From: Vezdaea acicularis
Taxonomy: Eukaryota
Reading direction: 5' to 3'
Assembly: GCA_026025075.1 (NCBI GenBank)
Contig: JAPEUI010000022.1
Coordinates: 172,592-192,591, forward strand
DNA length: 20,000 bases
The notes below the pieces were generated by a model. The model saw only the letters and a program-made list of their open reading frames with translations. It was not told the DNA's origin and did no database searches. This document shows, one piece after another, positions 19,494-20,000 of the stretch. The first letter of the stretch is position 1. Each line of letters begins with the position of its first letter. Position numbers and translations under genes: made by a program.

Positions 19494-20000
19494 ATGGCGA
19501 GCCCATTCCCCAATCAGCAGCAAGCTTACCCTCCGCAAGGCCAATACGGCGCTCCTCCTCCGCAGGCTGCGTACGGTGCTCCGCCGCCTCAGCAAGCTCC
19601 ATACGGCGCTCCCTCTCCTCAACAGCAAGCTCCATACGGCGCTCCCTCTCCCCAACAGCAAGCTCCATACGGCGCTCCCTCTCCCCAACAGCAACCTTAC
19701 GGTGCCCCGCCTCAGCAAGCTGCCTATGGATCTCCGCCGCCGCAGCAACAACCGTACGGTGCTCCATCTCCCCATCAAGCGCAATACGGCTCTCCGCCAC
19801 CACAAAATCCGAATGCTCCACGCGGCCCTGGTGCCCCTGGCGGCCCGCCTCCTCCAGGCACGGTGCCTGGCCGCGGTGGAGCTCCGCTGGGTGCGCCACG
19901 CGGTCGGGGCATGCCTCCCGGGCGGGGCGGTCCTCCAGGCCGTGGTGGCCCTCCACCCCAAGGGATGATGCGCGGTGGAGCTCCTCCTCCGGGTGCTCCG
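19494..20000 (+). CDS. 5' part of an unidentified protein with a Pro/Gln/Tyr/Gly low-complexity repeat N-terminus followed by RGG/PPG repeats; open at the right edge
   Basis: From the ATG at 19494 there are 169 stop-free codons: MASPFPNQQQAYPPQGQYGAPPPQAAYGAPPPQQAPYGAPSPQQQAPYGAPSP...PGRGGAPLGAPRGRGMPPGRGGPPGRGGPPPQGMMRGGAPPPGAP. Repeat variants differ mainly at synonymous positions in this frame. The ORF track omits it, apparently because it has no stop inside the window. Confidence 0.8.
   Translation, partial: MASPFPNQQQAYPPQGQYGAPPPQAAYGAPPPQQAPYGAPSPQQQAPYGAPSPQQQAPYGAPSPQQQPYGAPPQQAAYGSPPPQQQPYGAPSPHQAQYGSPPPQNPNAPRGPGAPGGPPPPGTVPGRGGAPLGAPRGRGMPPGRGGPPGRGGPPPQGMMRGGAPPPGAP
19590..19694 (+). 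repeat. Coding minisatellite: three near-perfect 33-nt units (CAGCAAGCTCCATACGGCGCTCCCTCTCCYCAA = QQAPYGAPSPQ) inside a longer degenerate array
   Basis: Units lie at 19590-19622, 19623-19655 and 19656-19688 and differ by one base. Diverged YG(A/S)P units extend from about 19545 to 19800. Confidence 0.9.

Noticed and set aside
19317..19968. Alternative-frame ORFs over the repeat (214 aa -, 173 aa -, 130 aa +) and a CRISPR-like reading of the 33-nt repeats
   Set aside because: Synonymous variation and the promoter layout support the frame starting at 19494. The repeats are contiguous with no spacers, in a eukaryotic coding context.

Overview
This is compact, intron-containing fungal genomic DNA (filamentous ascomycete/Pezizomycotina-like: 51-69 nt GT-AG introns with CTRAY-type branch sites). 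I hand-spliced 11 protein genes: mitochondrial EF-Tu (truncated at the left edge), a mitochondrial IF3-family protein, inner-membrane peptidase Imp1, a pyridoxal-reductase-like aldo-keto reductase, mitoribosomal uL15m, an external type-II NADH dehydrogenase, PP2C phosphatase Ptc1, ESCRT-III Vps2/Did4, mitofusin Fzo1, porphobilinogen deaminase Hem3, and the start of an unidentified P/Q/Y/G-repeat plus RGG protein that runs off the right edge. I see no RNA genes, transposons or CRISPR arrays. The region is mostly housekeeping and I found no clear novel multi-gene system. The most unusual points are a tandemly duplicated N-terminal domain in mtIF3, six mitochondrial-protein genes out of 11, a stop-free 3n intron inside the HSLKD motif of HEM3, a hairpin covering a VPS2 splice acceptor, and the prion-like repeat protein. 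All gene calls rest on motif recognition, not database searches.
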